Made by a program: the position numbers and the translations under genes. Below are positions 16,712-26,330 of a stretch of 31,440 nucleotides of DNA, piece by piece. Origin of the DNA: Candidatus Zixiibacteriota bacterium (GTDB lineage: Bacteria > Zixibacteria > MSB-5A5 > GN15 > FEB-12); NCBI GenBank assembly GCA_041742355.1, contig JBGSIV010000284.1, positions 1 through 31,440 on the forward strand, written 5' to 3'. Numbering within the stretch: the first letter of the stretch is position 1; the number at the start of each line of letters is the position of its first letter. Below the pieces are notes generated by a model. That model saw only the letters and a program-made list of their open reading frames with translations. It was not told the origin of the DNA and ran no database searches.

Positions 16712-16908
16712 TTATGATGGGTTTCTCTCAGCAAGAGCACGGGTGTCCGGATCCCCGCCGCTCGCGGCGCTATGTGGGGAGGCCGATTCGGCGGATTCCG
16801 CCTGCGACCCCAGCACGCTGCACTGAGCTGCCTGGACCGTGGCCGGGGCCGCTCACTGCGGGAGAATTCCGTTGACATTTCGGCCGGGCCGGTGCTAACT
16901 CCTCACCT

Positions 16909-17832
16909 ATGTCGCACTCTCCTGCCACGACACCCGCTCCCCCGAGAGCGCAGGTCGCGCTCGGCCATCTCGGGCTGTTCTATGCGGCCGCTATCTGGGG
17001 TTCGACGTTCTTCGTGGTCAAGGGTGCGCTGACCGATATCGACCCGATCATGCTCGTGAGCTATCGGTTCCTGATCGCCGGCGGACTGATGCTCCTGTAC
17101 CTGTGGGCAACCGGGAGAAAGCTCACCGACAACCTCGGCAAGGGAATGGTGCTGGCGATCATCCTGCTGCTTCTGTATGTGACGCAGACAGTGGGACTGC
17201 AGTACACGACAGCGTCGAACTCGGGATTCATCACCGGGCTGTTCGTGGCCTTTGTGCCGCTGTTCCTGAAGACCGTGTTCCGGCGGAATCCGACGCTCAT
17301 GGAAGTGGTCGCCTCGGTGATTTCGCTCGCCGGACTGTGGGTGCTGACCGGCGGGATGCGGGAGGCGAACTTCGGCGATATCCTGACCCTCGCGGCCGCG
17401 ATGACCTACGCTCTGCACGTCCTGTACGCGGATAGGTACATCAAGGAAGGCGTGGATCCGTGGGTCGTGACCTGCCAGCAGTGCCTGATTATCGGCGTGC
17501 TCAGTTTCGGGCTGGGGATAGTCTCGGGCCGGCCGCTGGAGGTGCACTCGACCGGTGCGATGTGGGTCGTGGTGTTCCTGGCGATTTTCCCGACCATGAC
17601 GGCCTTCGTGATCCAGATGATCGCGCAGAAAATCATTTCGCCGTTGCGGGTGTCGCTGGTGTTCGCTTTTGAGCCGGTGTTCGCCGGGGTATTCGCCTGG
17701 ACACTGGGCGGCGAGCCGTTCGTGCTGCACGGTGCTATCGGGGGATTGCTGATTTTCCTCGGCCTCGTGACCTCGGCGTTGCCGACGCCGGGATTTCTCA
17801 AACGCGCGGCATCGCAGCCGGGGCGCGCGTAA
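16909..17832 (+). CDS. EamA/DMT family transporter
   Basis: IWGSTF, RFLIA, QTVGLQYTTASNSGFITGL, GDILTL and FEPVFA motifs; about 10 transmembrane segments. Confidence 0.92.
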   Translation: MSHSPATTPAPPRAQVALGHLGLFYAAAIWGSTFFVVKGALTDIDPIMLVSYRFLIAGGLMLLYLWATGRKLTDNLGKGMVLAIILLLLYVTQTVGLQYTTASNSGFITGLFVAFVPLFLKTVFRRNPTLMEVVASVISLAGLWVLTGGMREANFGDILTLAAAMTYALHVLYADRYIKEGVDPWVVTCQQCLIIGVLSFGLGIVSGRPLEVHSTGAMWVVVFLAIFPTMTAFVIQMIAQKIISPLRVSLVFAFEPVFAGVFAWTLGGEPFVLHGAIGGLLIFLGLVTSALPTPGFLKRAASQPGRA

Positions 17833-17853
17833 AACCTCCGGCCGATCGCTCTC

Positions 17854-20754
17854 CTATTTCAGCAGCAGCATCTTCTTTGTGGCGATGCGGTCGCCGGACT
17901 CAAGGCGGTACAAGTAGATCCCGGTGGCGACGGACCGGCCGGACTGATTGGTGCCGTTCCAGGTGACCGTGTGGGTGCCGGCCGACTGCCGCTCGGCGCG
18001 CCAGGAAGTAACCGTCTGCCCCAGCAGGTTGTAGATGACCAGCTTCACCGGAGCAGCCTGAGGCAGGGTGTAGCTGATCGTGGTCGTGGCGTTGAAGGGG
18101 TTGGGGTAGTTCTGCCCCAGCGTGAAGCGGCCGGGCAGCGGGATGGGGTCACTGTCGGAATCGGTCGGCTCGTTCATCAGGTCGTTGACCGCCTTGCGCA
18201 GGGTTTCGATAGCGGCGGTGCGTTCGCAGAAGGACAGCGGGATATCAAAGAAGATGTACCGGTAGTCACTCCCGAAGTACGACCAGGCAACCGTACCGCC
18301 GTTATGGGCCGAGGTGTCCGAGGCGGAGCGGTAGCCGTAGAGGGGTTGAGCGTCGGGGCTGTTCAGTTCGACATAGGAGGTCATCGAGATACCAGAGAGA
18401 GCAAGCAGCGGGGCGCTATGGGCGGCGGTCAGGGTGGAGTCCCACACAAGGGCGGGGTAGCCCGGGGCGAGCGGCTCGGCCCCGACAAAGTCACCGATGA
18501 GCCGGTTGGGCGATGGCAGCAGCAACGTGGCGGTCTGGATTCGCCGGGCGATGTGGAAGATGTCCTCGAAGGTGTCGTCGTAGGCCACGTCCCCCGTGTA
18601 GTCGACCGTATCTCCCCGCGTGATGGTGCCGAAGCGGCCGAAAACGACCAGCTTGCCGCCGATCGAGCAGTAGTACGCCAGGTCATCGAGAATGCCCCCC
18701 TCCGCAGGAGGTTTGCTGATATCCATACCGCGCCCGGATTCGTCGCCGACAATCATGACGCCGTGGGAGACCATGTCAAGCAGCGAGATCCCCTCCCCGG
18801 GATGCGACGTGGCGGCGGTGTCGGAGCGGTAGTCGCAGTCAAAAGTTGCGAGAGCATCGCGCAGGAGGAGGCCGGTCTCTACCTCGTTGACCCAGATACC
18901 GTTGGCCGCCGACGAGGAGCGGTTGACTGCGAGCACTTTCTCGGGCTCGAGCATGGCGGCGCGCGATACTGAGGGGAGAAGTGTGGAGGTATCCGAGCAG
19001 TTGAGGTCGGTGTCGGTGGCCTGGACGTAATATCGGTGGAGGTCGGTCCCCAGGCTCGGGTCGAAGTCGTCGTAGGTCGTGTCGGTGACCGTGGCGATGA
19101 GTGCGCCGTCGCGAATGACGGAGTAGTGGGCCAGGTCCATTTCGAGATTGTTGTGTCCCCACCAGAGGCGGACGCCATGGAAGATGGGCCGGGTAACAAG
19201 ATCCTCCGGCGGAAGCGGGGTGGAGCGCGGAGTGCCGTGGGCTTCCTTAATGGCGTAGGACGTTCGCAGCTGAGTATCGAAAGCCTGGACATAGAAGACA
19301 TACGGGACGTCTTCGATCAGGCCGGTGACGGTGTAACTGGTGTCCGAAGCGGGTATGACGGCTGACTGCTTCGCCGAGGGATTGGCCGCCGGATACCACG
19401 CGACACGGAGGTAGTCAAGGCCGTTGAAGTCCAGCCGGCGCCACATAAGGAACTGCGAGTGACCGTCGCCCGGTTCCAGCACAGCGGTAATCCGCACCGG
19501 CGGCGGGACATCGGCCGTGGCCAACGCGGTATGGAGCGACGCTTTGACCATGCGCGTCATGTATTCAAAGTTGAGGTAGGTGCTGCTGTCCGTGGGCTGG
19601 TGGTAGCGATTCGAGAAGTAGTCCTCCTGGACGAAGATAGCGTCATAGCCATTATCCAGGAAAGGCTGGTGATCGGAGGCGACCGAAATGGCGAGATCCA
19701 CGCCGGTGAACGCATATGCCGGCGCAAGCTGGGCCCAGAGCTCGGCATACGCATGCTCCGGGCCATAGTAGACATTGGCGCGAGAATTATTGGTGTAATG
19801 CGCGATCATGTCGAGGTTGATCATGAGGATGATGTCGGCGCCCTCGGCCGCAACCGAATCGGCATAGTGCGTGGAGCCCCAAAGCCAGGACTCCTCGGAA
19901 TCGAACGCGATGAATATCAGGGTAACGGGGAGGTTGGCGGCGGCGAGCACCCGGGCTATCTCGAGCGTGCCGGCCGTGCCCGTGGCGTTGTCATCGGCCC
20001 CCGGGCAGTCGGGAACGGCGTCGAAGTGACCGCCGATGATTATCTGCCGGTCGGGGTTGACCGTGCCCGGTTTGCAGGCGACGACATTGTAGCTCTGGAC
20101 CGGGTGGCGGTCCCAGAGCTGGCGTCCGATGAACGGGTCGATCACGACCGAGTCGTACCCGAAAGAGCGGAACTTGGCGGCGATCCAGTCCCGGGCGGCG
20201 TTGCATGAGTCAGTCCCCGTGAGGCGACGGTGGAACGCCTCCAGGCGCAGGGTGTAGGCGCGCAGGGAGTCCTCGCTGACCAGGTCGATCAGGGTGTCAA
20301 GCTCGATCGGGAGGTCGGCCGCCACGGCGAGTGACTCGCGCGGCGGAAGATAGCGAACGACAATCGGGTGCAGGCCGAGAGGGAGCAGATCGGAATCGAG
20401 GGACAGCGCCTGTTCGGTTGCCGCCGCCACGATCCTCAGGCCGCCCCGTTCGTATACGAGCGTTCGGTCAGCCCGTGTCGAGGGGACAGGCCTCCGGTCG
20501 ACCGCTAAGGGAGTGCGGTCGATGCCGGCGAGGATCTCGCGGTAGACCAGCGTGTGTTCGTCAAGGATCTGCCGGACCGATGGGTCGGCCACTACGAGGT
20601 ACACGTTGCGATCGACCGTGGCGACCGTCGCGCCGGTGCCCTGCAGCACCACGGCATCAGCGGCGTGGCGCAGAGTGACTTCGAGAAGATCGTCGGCCAC
20701 TGCCGGAGCGGCCGCGAGGAGAATGAGAACCGCGAGGAGTGCAACTGCCTTCAT
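17854..20754 (-). CDS. Secreted M28 family metallopeptidase with Fn3-like domains and C-terminal FlgD-Ig/T9SS type A-like domain
   Basis: GGHFD, GADDNATG, SEE, NLDMI, SDH and YHQPTD zinc-ligand motifs. C-terminus LGQNYPNPFNATTTISY...KKMLLLK. Start MKAVALL after AAAGGGA. Confidence 0.9.
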   Translation of the reverse strand: MKAVALLAVLILLAAAPAVADDLLEVTLRHAADAVVLQGTGATVATVDRNVYLVVADPSVRQILDEHTLVYREILAGIDRTPLAVDRRPVPSTRADRTLVYERGGLRIVAAATEQALSLDSDLLPLGLHPIVVRYLPPRESLAVAADLPIELDTLIDLVSEDSLRAYTLRLEAFHRRLTGTDSCNAARDWIAAKFRSFGYDSVVIDPFIGRQLWDRHPVQSYNVVACKPGTVNPDRQIIIGGHFDAVPDCPGADDNATGTAGTLEIARVLAAANLPVTLIFIAFDSEESWLWGSTHYADSVAAEGADIILMINLDMIAHYTNNSRANVYYGPEHAYAELWAQLAPAYAFTGVDLAISVASDHQPFLDNGYDAIFVQEDYFSNRYHQPTDSSTYLNFEYMTRMVKASLHTALATADVPPPVRITAVLEPGDGHSQFLMWRRLDFNGLDYLRVAWYPAANPSAKQSAVIPASDTSYTVTGLIEDVPYVFYVQAFDTQLRTSYAIKEAHGTPRSTPLPPEDLVTRPIFHGVRLWWGHNNLEMDLAHYSVIRDGALIATVTDTTYDDFDPSLGTDLHRYYVQATDTDLNCSDTSTLLPSVSRAAMLEPEKVLAVNRSSSAANGIWVNEVETGLLLRDALATFDCDYRSDTAATSHPGEGISLLDMVSHGVMIVGDESGRGMDISKPPAEGGILDDLAYYCSIGGKLVVFGRFGTITRGDTVDYTGDVAYDDTFEDIFHIARRIQTATLLLPSPNRLIGDFVGAEPLAPGYPALVWDSTLTAAHSAPLLALSGISMTSYVELNSPDAQPLYGYRSASDTSAHNGGTVAWSYFGSDYRYIFFDIPLSFCERTAAIETLRKAVNDLMNEPTDSDSDPIPLPGRFTLGQNYPNPFNATTTISYTLPQAAPVKLVIYNLLGQTVTSWRAERQSAGTHTVTWNGTNQSGRSVATGIYLYRLESGDRIATKKMLLLK

Positions 20755-20917
20755 GGTATCCATCCCTTTCAGACAAAGACCTGCCTACCCACAATATATC
20801 CAGGGACGGGTGAGAGTCCACGGCTGATTAATGCCTTTTCGACACCGGCGGAGATTGTTTTTGCGGGACATCCGGGGAAGTGCTATTGTCGGGTCAGGCA
20901 GCAGGAAGGAGATGACT

Positions 20918-21259
20918 GTGATACAGATATTCGGGACAAAGAAGTGCGCGGACACCCGCAAGGCCGAGCGGTTTTTTAAGGAGCGGGGGATCAAGGTGCA
21001 GAGTATCGACCTGCGGGAAAAGGGAATCAGCCCGGGCGAGCTGCGCAATATCACCCGGTCCATTCCGCTTGACGAACTGATCGACCTTGAGGGGAAGGAG
21101 TACGAGCGGCTGAACCTGAAGTACATCCGCCACAATGTCGAGGAAAAGCTGCTGGAGTATCCGCTCCTGTTCCGCACGCCGATCGTGCGGTTGGGGAACC
21201 AGGCTGCGGTGGGATATGACCCGGAAACCTGGAAGCGGTTCGCCGAGGCAGAAAAGTAA
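20918..21259 (+). CDS. ArsC/Spx/YffB family thioredoxin-fold protein
   Basis: IQIFGTKKCADTRKAERFFKER...PLLFRTPIVR...VGY. The GTG at 20918 is well spaced from AAGGAG; ATG 20912 is the alternative start. Confidence 0.88.
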   Translation: MIQIFGTKKCADTRKAERFFKERGIKVQSIDLREKGISPGELRNITRSIPLDELIDLEGKEYERLNLKYIRHNVEEKLLEYPLLFRTPIVRLGNQAAVGYDPETWKRFAEAEK

Positions 21260-21281
21260 GGCAGTAGCGGGGATCAGTTGA

Positions 21282-23930
21282 TCAGTCGCACGGGGGCGGG
21301 GCCGGGGAACCGCGGAAAAGATAGCCGACCAGGTAGGTCAGATCCGAGATGGCGATGCCGGGATCGGTTTCGGAGGAGGGAGAAGCGTTGACATTGGCCT
21401 GGGCAGGGCATGGCGGAGCCTCCCCACCTTTCATAAGATAACCCACCAGGTAGGTCAGGTCGCTGACCTGAATCGCGGCGCCGGGTTCGCCGCGGTTATC
21501 GACATTTCCCCGAAGGAGGCAGCAGCACATGTCGCCGACGCCATCGGAGTCGGTGTCGTACTGCAGCGGATTAGGCACAGTCGGACAGTTGTCGGCCCAG
21601 GAGGGGAGGTTGTCGTTGTCGGGATCATCGAGAAGCACCGTCACCGTGAAGGTACAGGTATCGGCCTGGCTGGAGCTATCGACCACCCAGGCGGTGACCG
21701 TCGTGTTGCCGAGGGGGAACAGCGATCGCGAGACGTGCGATGAACCCCATTCGGCAATTCCGCAGTTGTCCGTGCCGGTGATGGTGAAGGGAACCCCCGC
21801 CGCATAGAGGCCGGAGTCGTTGTAGACGATGATGGGGCCGGGGCAGGTGATGACCGGAGGTTCCGTATCGGTGACGGTCACAGCAAAGACGCAGGTATCG
21901 GCGTTGCCGGATTGGTCGACAGCGACGGCGATCACGGGAGTCACCCCGACCGGGAAGAATGTGCCCGACGGGGGATCGACGGACACTGCCGGCACGCCGC
22001 AGTTGTCGTCGGCAACCACACTGTAGTGGATGACCGCGCCGCACTCGCCTTGACTTGCGGGAGCGGTGATATCATCGAGGCAGGAGACAGTCGGAGGTTC
22101 GGCATCGCGAACCAGTATCGTGAATACCCCCGTATCGGCATTCCCGGCCGGGTCAATTGCGACAGCAGTGACAGCGGTCAGGCCAACGGGGAAGGTACTG
22201 CCGGAAGAATGGTCCACGGTCACAATCGCCGGGCCGCAGTTGTCGATGGCGGTGACCTCATAAGAGACCACGGCCGAGCACCCACCGGGGGCCGGGGACG
22301 CAAATATCGAATCCGGGAGGGCGAGGATCGGGGGATCGGAGTCCAAGACCGTGACGTAGAACAGGCCCGTATCGGCGTTCCCGGAAGGATCGGCGGCAAT
22401 GGCCTGCACAGCGGTTGTCCCGACGGCGAAGGTGGCGCCCGAGGGAATCGAGGTTGTGACGGTCGCCGAAAGGCAATTGTCGAGCGCCTGGATCGCGAAA
22501 TCGACCGGCGCCTCGCATTGCCCCGGCTCTGTCGCCGCGACGATCGTATCCGGGAGGAGGAGCACCGGGCGACCGGTGTCGGTGACGGTCACGGGAAAGA
22601 AGCTGGTGTCGCGATGCCCCATAATGTCTTCGGCAATCATGCGAACAGAAGTCGTGCCGACGGGAAAGAGCGTGCCCGACGGAGGCTCGACAACGACTGA
22701 GGCGCCCGGGCAGTTGTCGCCGGCCGTGACGGAGTAGGTAACGTGGGCGCCGCACACACCGGGCAGGTTGCTTACGGTGATGGCCGCGGGATGAGTCGTG
22801 ACGGGCCACTGGCGGTCCTCGACGGTGACCGAAAAGGTATCGACGGCGCGATTGCCGGCAGGGTCGGTGGCGGTGACAACGACATCCGTGGTGCCGATGT
22901 AGAAGACTGCGCCTGAGGGACGCGAGGTGGTGACAGTAGCTGCGCCGCAATTGTCGGCGGCGGTGGCGCTGTACGTGAAACGGGCCAGGCACTGGTTGGG
23001 ATCATTGGCGATCACCGTGTCATCCGGGCAGGCGATGACCGGCTTCTGGGTATCGGTGACGGTAACGGTGAACTGGCAGGTATCCTGGTTGCCGGCGGCA
23101 TCGGTGGCAAAGCAGTAAACGATATGGGAACCGACCGGGAAAAAGGTCGTCGACGGCGGGGAGCAGGCTATGGTTGCCCCGGGACGGTTGTCAGTGACGG
23201 TCGCGGTGAACTCGACGATTCGTCCGCATTGACCGGGCGCGGCGATGACGGTAGTGTCGCCGGGGCACTGGGCGACGGGGGCGACAACATCCTGAATGAT
23301 GAGGCTGACACCGCCGTTGTAGAAATCGAGTATGCGGGCACTGTCGTTGCCGCACGAGCTCGGGGCGCCGAAGTACGATGGAAAGGCACTGTCGCGGGTG
23401 ATCTCATACTCCCGGTAGCCGTCGAAGTGGAAGACCTGGTCCGACGTATAGAGCGTATCGCCGTAGCGGGAGGAAATGGCGTTGTCGCCGCAATCGTTCC
23501 AGATGAGGCGGACAGGGAGGAACTTGCCGTAGAGGTTGATATCGAGCGGGATGTCGAACGCGAGGTCGGCGAGATCGGCGGCGGAGGCGCCGTAGCAATC
23601 GGGGTGTGAACTGCCGTTGGCGATATCGGCTATGGCAGACACCTGTACTTCCCGAATACCACGGGGCTGGAAGGTGAAATACTCCCAGTGGCACAGGTTC
23701 AGCAGCTGCCCGGGCTGGGCACCCGCGAAGACGAGATTGGAGTCGTACCGGACAGTGAAATCGAAGCCACCCATCAGGAAGCTTCCGGACGGATCGTTCA
23801 CGCCGATCGTGACGAAGACGTGATCACCCGGCCGCGCCAACTCTACTCGTTCGACGCGCACGGCGAAGTCGCCGAAAGCATGGCCCGTAAGCGCCGCCAA
23901 GGCGGTTATGACGAGAAGGAGCGCTTTCAT
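21282..23930 (-). CDS. Secreted protein: cohesin-like N-terminal domain, 7 HYR repeats, TSP3 repeat, C-terminal dockerin-like domain
   Basis: Signal peptide MKALLL..AFG. N-domain HVFVTI..GGFDFTVRYD..CHWEYFTF (the cohesin call is tentative). Seven D..P..P....A.DNC....PSG..FPVG.T.V..A.D..GN.DT..F.VTV units, then DNCPTVPNPLQYDTDSDGVGDMC and two SDLTYLVGYL repeats. Confidence 0.88.
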   Translation of the reverse strand: MKALLLVITALAALTGHAFGDFAVRVERVELARPGDHVFVTIGVNDPSGSFLMGGFDFTVRYDSNLVFAGAQPGQLLNLCHWEYFTFQPRGIREVQVSAIADIANGSSHPDCYGASAADLADLAFDIPLDINLYGKFLPVRLIWNDCGDNAISSRYGDTLYTSDQVFHFDGYREYEITRDSAFPSYFGAPSSCGNDSARILDFYNGGVSLIIQDVVAPVAQCPGDTTVIAAPGQCGRIVEFTATVTDNRPGATIACSPPSTTFFPVGSHIVYCFATDAAGNQDTCQFTVTVTDTQKPVIACPDDTVIANDPNQCLARFTYSATAADNCGAATVTTSRPSGAVFYIGTTDVVVTATDPAGNRAVDTFSVTVEDRQWPVTTHPAAITVSNLPGVCGAHVTYSVTAGDNCPGASVVVEPPSGTLFPVGTTSVRMIAEDIMGHRDTSFFPVTVTDTGRPVLLLPDTIVAATEPGQCEAPVDFAIQALDNCLSATVTTSIPSGATFAVGTTAVQAIAADPSGNADTGLFYVTVLDSDPPILALPDSIFASPAPGGCSAVVSYEVTAIDNCGPAIVTVDHSSGSTFPVGLTAVTAVAIDPAGNADTGVFTILVRDAEPPTVSCLDDITAPASQGECGAVIHYSVVADDNCGVPAVSVDPPSGTFFPVGVTPVIAVAVDQSGNADTCVFAVTVTDTEPPVITCPGPIIVYNDSGLYAAGVPFTITGTDNCGIAEWGSSHVSRSLFPLGNTTVTAWVVDSSSQADTCTFTVTVLLDDPDNDNLPSWADNCPTVPNPLQYDTDSDGVGDMCCCLLRGNVDNRGEPGAAIQVSDLTYLVGYLMKGGEAPPCPAQANVNASPSSETDPGIAISDLTYLVGYLFRGSPAPPPCD

Positions 23931-23945
23931 TAGACCACTAACCTC

Positions 23946-23974
23946 AATGTAGGCGCAATCGCCCGTAAAGTCAA
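23946..23974 (-). promoter_or_regulatory. Putative promoter of the HYR/dockerin gene (very short leader)
   Basis: Minus strand TTGACT-N17-TACATT ending 15 nt before the ATG at 23930. Confidence 0.5.
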
Positions 23975-24121
23975 TTCGAGATCGGCTGAATCTCTTTGGC
24001 GGACGGCCCGTATTAGAACTAAATTGCACCAACGCGGCGACGTTTGTCCCTCCCCTGGCAGAGAGCCTGCCGGGCAGATCGGGCCACGCGGCGTCGCAGA
24101 CAGGGGAAACGGCAGAACACC

Positions 24122-24835
24122 ATGGATTCAGGCGATCTCATCCGCACCACCGATCTCTGCCGGTATTATCGGCGGGGGCCGCAGGAAGTCCGAGCGGTCG
24201 ATGGGGTGAATCTCAGTATCACGAAGGGGGAATTCCTGTCAATTGTCGGATCATCGGGATCGGGCAAGTCGACCTTGTTGAACCTGCTGGCCGGGCTGGA
24301 TACGCCGACCGGCGGGGGAATCGATGTGGCCGGGGAGCGAATCGGGCAGATGTCCCGATGGCAGTTGGCCGACTATCGGGCGACGCGGATAGGAATAGTC
24401 TTTCAGTCCTTCAACCTCGTTTCCCACTATACCGCGCAGAAAAACGTCGAGCTGGCCCTGTATTTCACCGATGTGGCGCGATCGGACCGACCGAAAATGG
24501 CGGCGGCGATGCTCGATCGGCTCGGCCTCGGGGACCGTCTGGATCACCGTCCGGCCGACCTCTCGGGCGGGGAGCAGCAGCGGGTGGCGCTGGCGCGGGC
24601 GCTGGTAAAACGCCCGGAGATCCTGCTTGCGGACGAACCGACAGGCAACCTTGACCAGACCAACACCGAACAGCTCGCGGCGCTCCTGGCGGAGTTGCAC
24701 AGTGAAGGGCTTACTATCGTGCTGGTGACCCACGACCTGGCGCTGGCCGATCGATCGGCTCAGCGGGTTGTGCGAATGCACTACGGACGGGTCGTTGACG
24801 GAGAGATGCCGCCGACCGGGGAGGTGCGGCCATGA
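24122..24835 (+). CDS. ABC transporter ATP-binding protein (LolD/MacB family)
   Basis: Walker A GSSGSGKST, VFQSFNL, LSGGEQQRVALARAL, LLADEPTGNLD and VTHD. Confidence 0.95.
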   Translation: MDSGDLIRTTDLCRYYRRGPQEVRAVDGVNLSITKGEFLSIVGSSGSGKSTLLNLLAGLDTPTGGGIDVAGERIGQMSRWQLADYRATRIGIVFQSFNLVSHYTAQKNVELALYFTDVARSDRPKMAAAMLDRLGLGDRLDHRPADLSGGEQQRVALARALVKRPEILLADEPTGNLDQTNTEQLAALLAELHSEGLTIVLVTHDLALADRSAQRVVRMHYGRVVDGEMPPTGEVRP

Positions 24836-26307
24836 CAATTCAGGACCTGCTCTTGATGTCCGCGGCCAACCTCTGGCGGATGAAACTGCGGACGTTCCTC
24901 ACCATGGGCGGCGTGGTGATCGCCATCGGCGCATTCGTATCGATGGTCTCGTTCGGGGCGGGCGTGCAACAGAACGTCTCCGAAGAATATGAGAAGATGG
25001 GGCTGTTCACGACGATGCAGGTGTATCCGGCCGACCAGGACAGCCTGACCGATACGACCAAAGTCGTGCCGCCGCTGAATGATTCGATCGTGGCGCGCCT
25101 GGGGGAATTGCCCGGGGTGCGGCTGGCGTATCCGTACGACGCCTTTGAACTCACGATCGAACTCGATACGCAGAAATTCACCAGCGACGGCCAGGTGCTT
25201 CCGCAGGCAGCGATCGGGACCCGGATGTTCTCGAATCTTGTCGCGGGGAGACAGCCGCATCCCGACAGCACGGGCGAGGCAATGATTACCGATGAGTTCC
25301 TTCACGACCACAAACTCGGGAAAGCTGATTCAATTATCGGGCGGACGATGGTGGTTTCGGTGTCGTCGCCGATGCTCGACAGCGCCGCCGTGCATGTGGT
25401 GCGCGAGGGGAGAGACCGCCTGGATTTCTGGCGGGACAGTGTGGAGGTTGATTCGCTCTTCGAGGGAAGCTACCTCCGTCGAGTCCTGATGGGAGAGCTG
25501 AATGTGGCCGCCAGGAACTTCTTCGAAGGTTACCTGCGGCATCCGCAAATCACGCGCGACACGCTGACGATTGTCGGCGTGATGGAGCGCCCGGAAAGCC
25601 ACCGCCTGCGGGTGAAGTCGGTGATCATTCCCGATGCGACCGCGCGCCGATTCGCGGCCGCCAAGGGAGGGCCGAGGCCGGAGGACCTGCTGGCGGCGTT
25701 CCAGGGGGGGAGAATCGACAACCTCTTCGGCGACGGGACGTCGGCGGGCGGCGGTTCTTATGATCGCGTGACGCTCGACCTGGAGCCGGGGGTCAGCTAC
25801 GCGGCGCTCAGCGACAGCATCAAGGCGCTCGGCTACGACAGCTTCAGCTATCTGGCGCAGTTCGAGGAGATCCAGCGTTCCTTCTATTACCTCCAGATGA
25901 TCCTCGGCGTGGTCGGCTTGATTGCCCTGGCGACAGCCTCACTGGGGATCGTGAACACGCTGGTGATGTCAATCCTGGAGCGGCGGCGGGAAATCGGGAT
26001 TCTCAAGTCGCTCGGGGCGGATGACCGCCACATCTGGCTGCAGTTTATCGCCGAGTCGGGGGTGATCGGGGCGATTGGCGCAGTCGCCGGAATTTTGCTC
26101 GGCTGGGTGGTGACCCGAATAGCCTCCTACATTGCGATGAGGTTCATGGAGCGCGAAGGTGTGACCCCGATCGACCTGTTCGCGCTGCCGTGGTACCTGA
26201 TTCTCATCGCGCTGGCGTTTGGGACGCTGGTGAGTGTGGCCGCCGGATTGTACCCGGCGGCGCGGGCGGCGCGGGTGGACCCGGTGGAAGCACTGCGCAA
26301 CGAGTAA
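24832..26307 (+). CDS. ABC transporter permease (MacB/FtsX family)
   Basis: LRTFLTMGGVVIAIG, a large periplasmic domain, GIVNTLVMSILERRREIGILKSLGA and GLYPAARAARVDPVEALR. ATGA overlap with the ATPase gene. Confidence 0.93.
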   Translation: MTIQDLLLMSAANLWRMKLRTFLTMGGVVIAIGAFVSMVSFGAGVQQNVSEEYEKMGLFTTMQVYPADQDSLTDTTKVVPPLNDSIVARLGELPGVRLAYPYDAFELTIELDTQKFTSDGQVLPQAAIGTRMFSNLVAGRQPHPDSTGEAMITDEFLHDHKLGKADSIIGRTMVVSVSSPMLDSAAVHVVREGRDRLDFWRDSVEVDSLFEGSYLRRVLMGELNVAARNFFEGYLRHPQITRDTLTIVGVMERPESHRLRVKSVIIPDATARRFAAAKGGPRPEDLLAAFQGGRIDNLFGDGTSAGGGSYDRVTLDLEPGVSYAALSDSIKALGYDSFSYLAQFEEIQRSFYYLQMILGVVGLIALATASLGIVNTLVMSILERRREIGILKSLGADDRHIWLQFIAESGVIGAIGAVAGILLGWVVTRIASYIAMRFMEREGVTPIDLFALPWYLILIALAFGTLVSVAAGLYPAARAARVDPVEALRNE

Positions 26308-26330
26308 GTCAATTTCGTCGGAGGACATCA

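Noticed and set aside
15850..16878. ORFs of 66-170 aa in the right repeat cluster (and 11158-11673 on the left)
   Set aside because: They are translations of palindromic repeats with no RBS or recognisable motifs.
11100..16900. Complete diversity-generating retroelement
   Set aside because: No reverse transcriptase, no Avd and no non-coding template copy of the repeat in this window. Only the codon pattern is reported.
16715..16908. Riboswitch upstream of the EamA gene
   Set aside because: GC-rich stems are present but I could not recognise any riboswitch consensus, and a TTGACA at 16872 suggests transcription starts close to the ATG.
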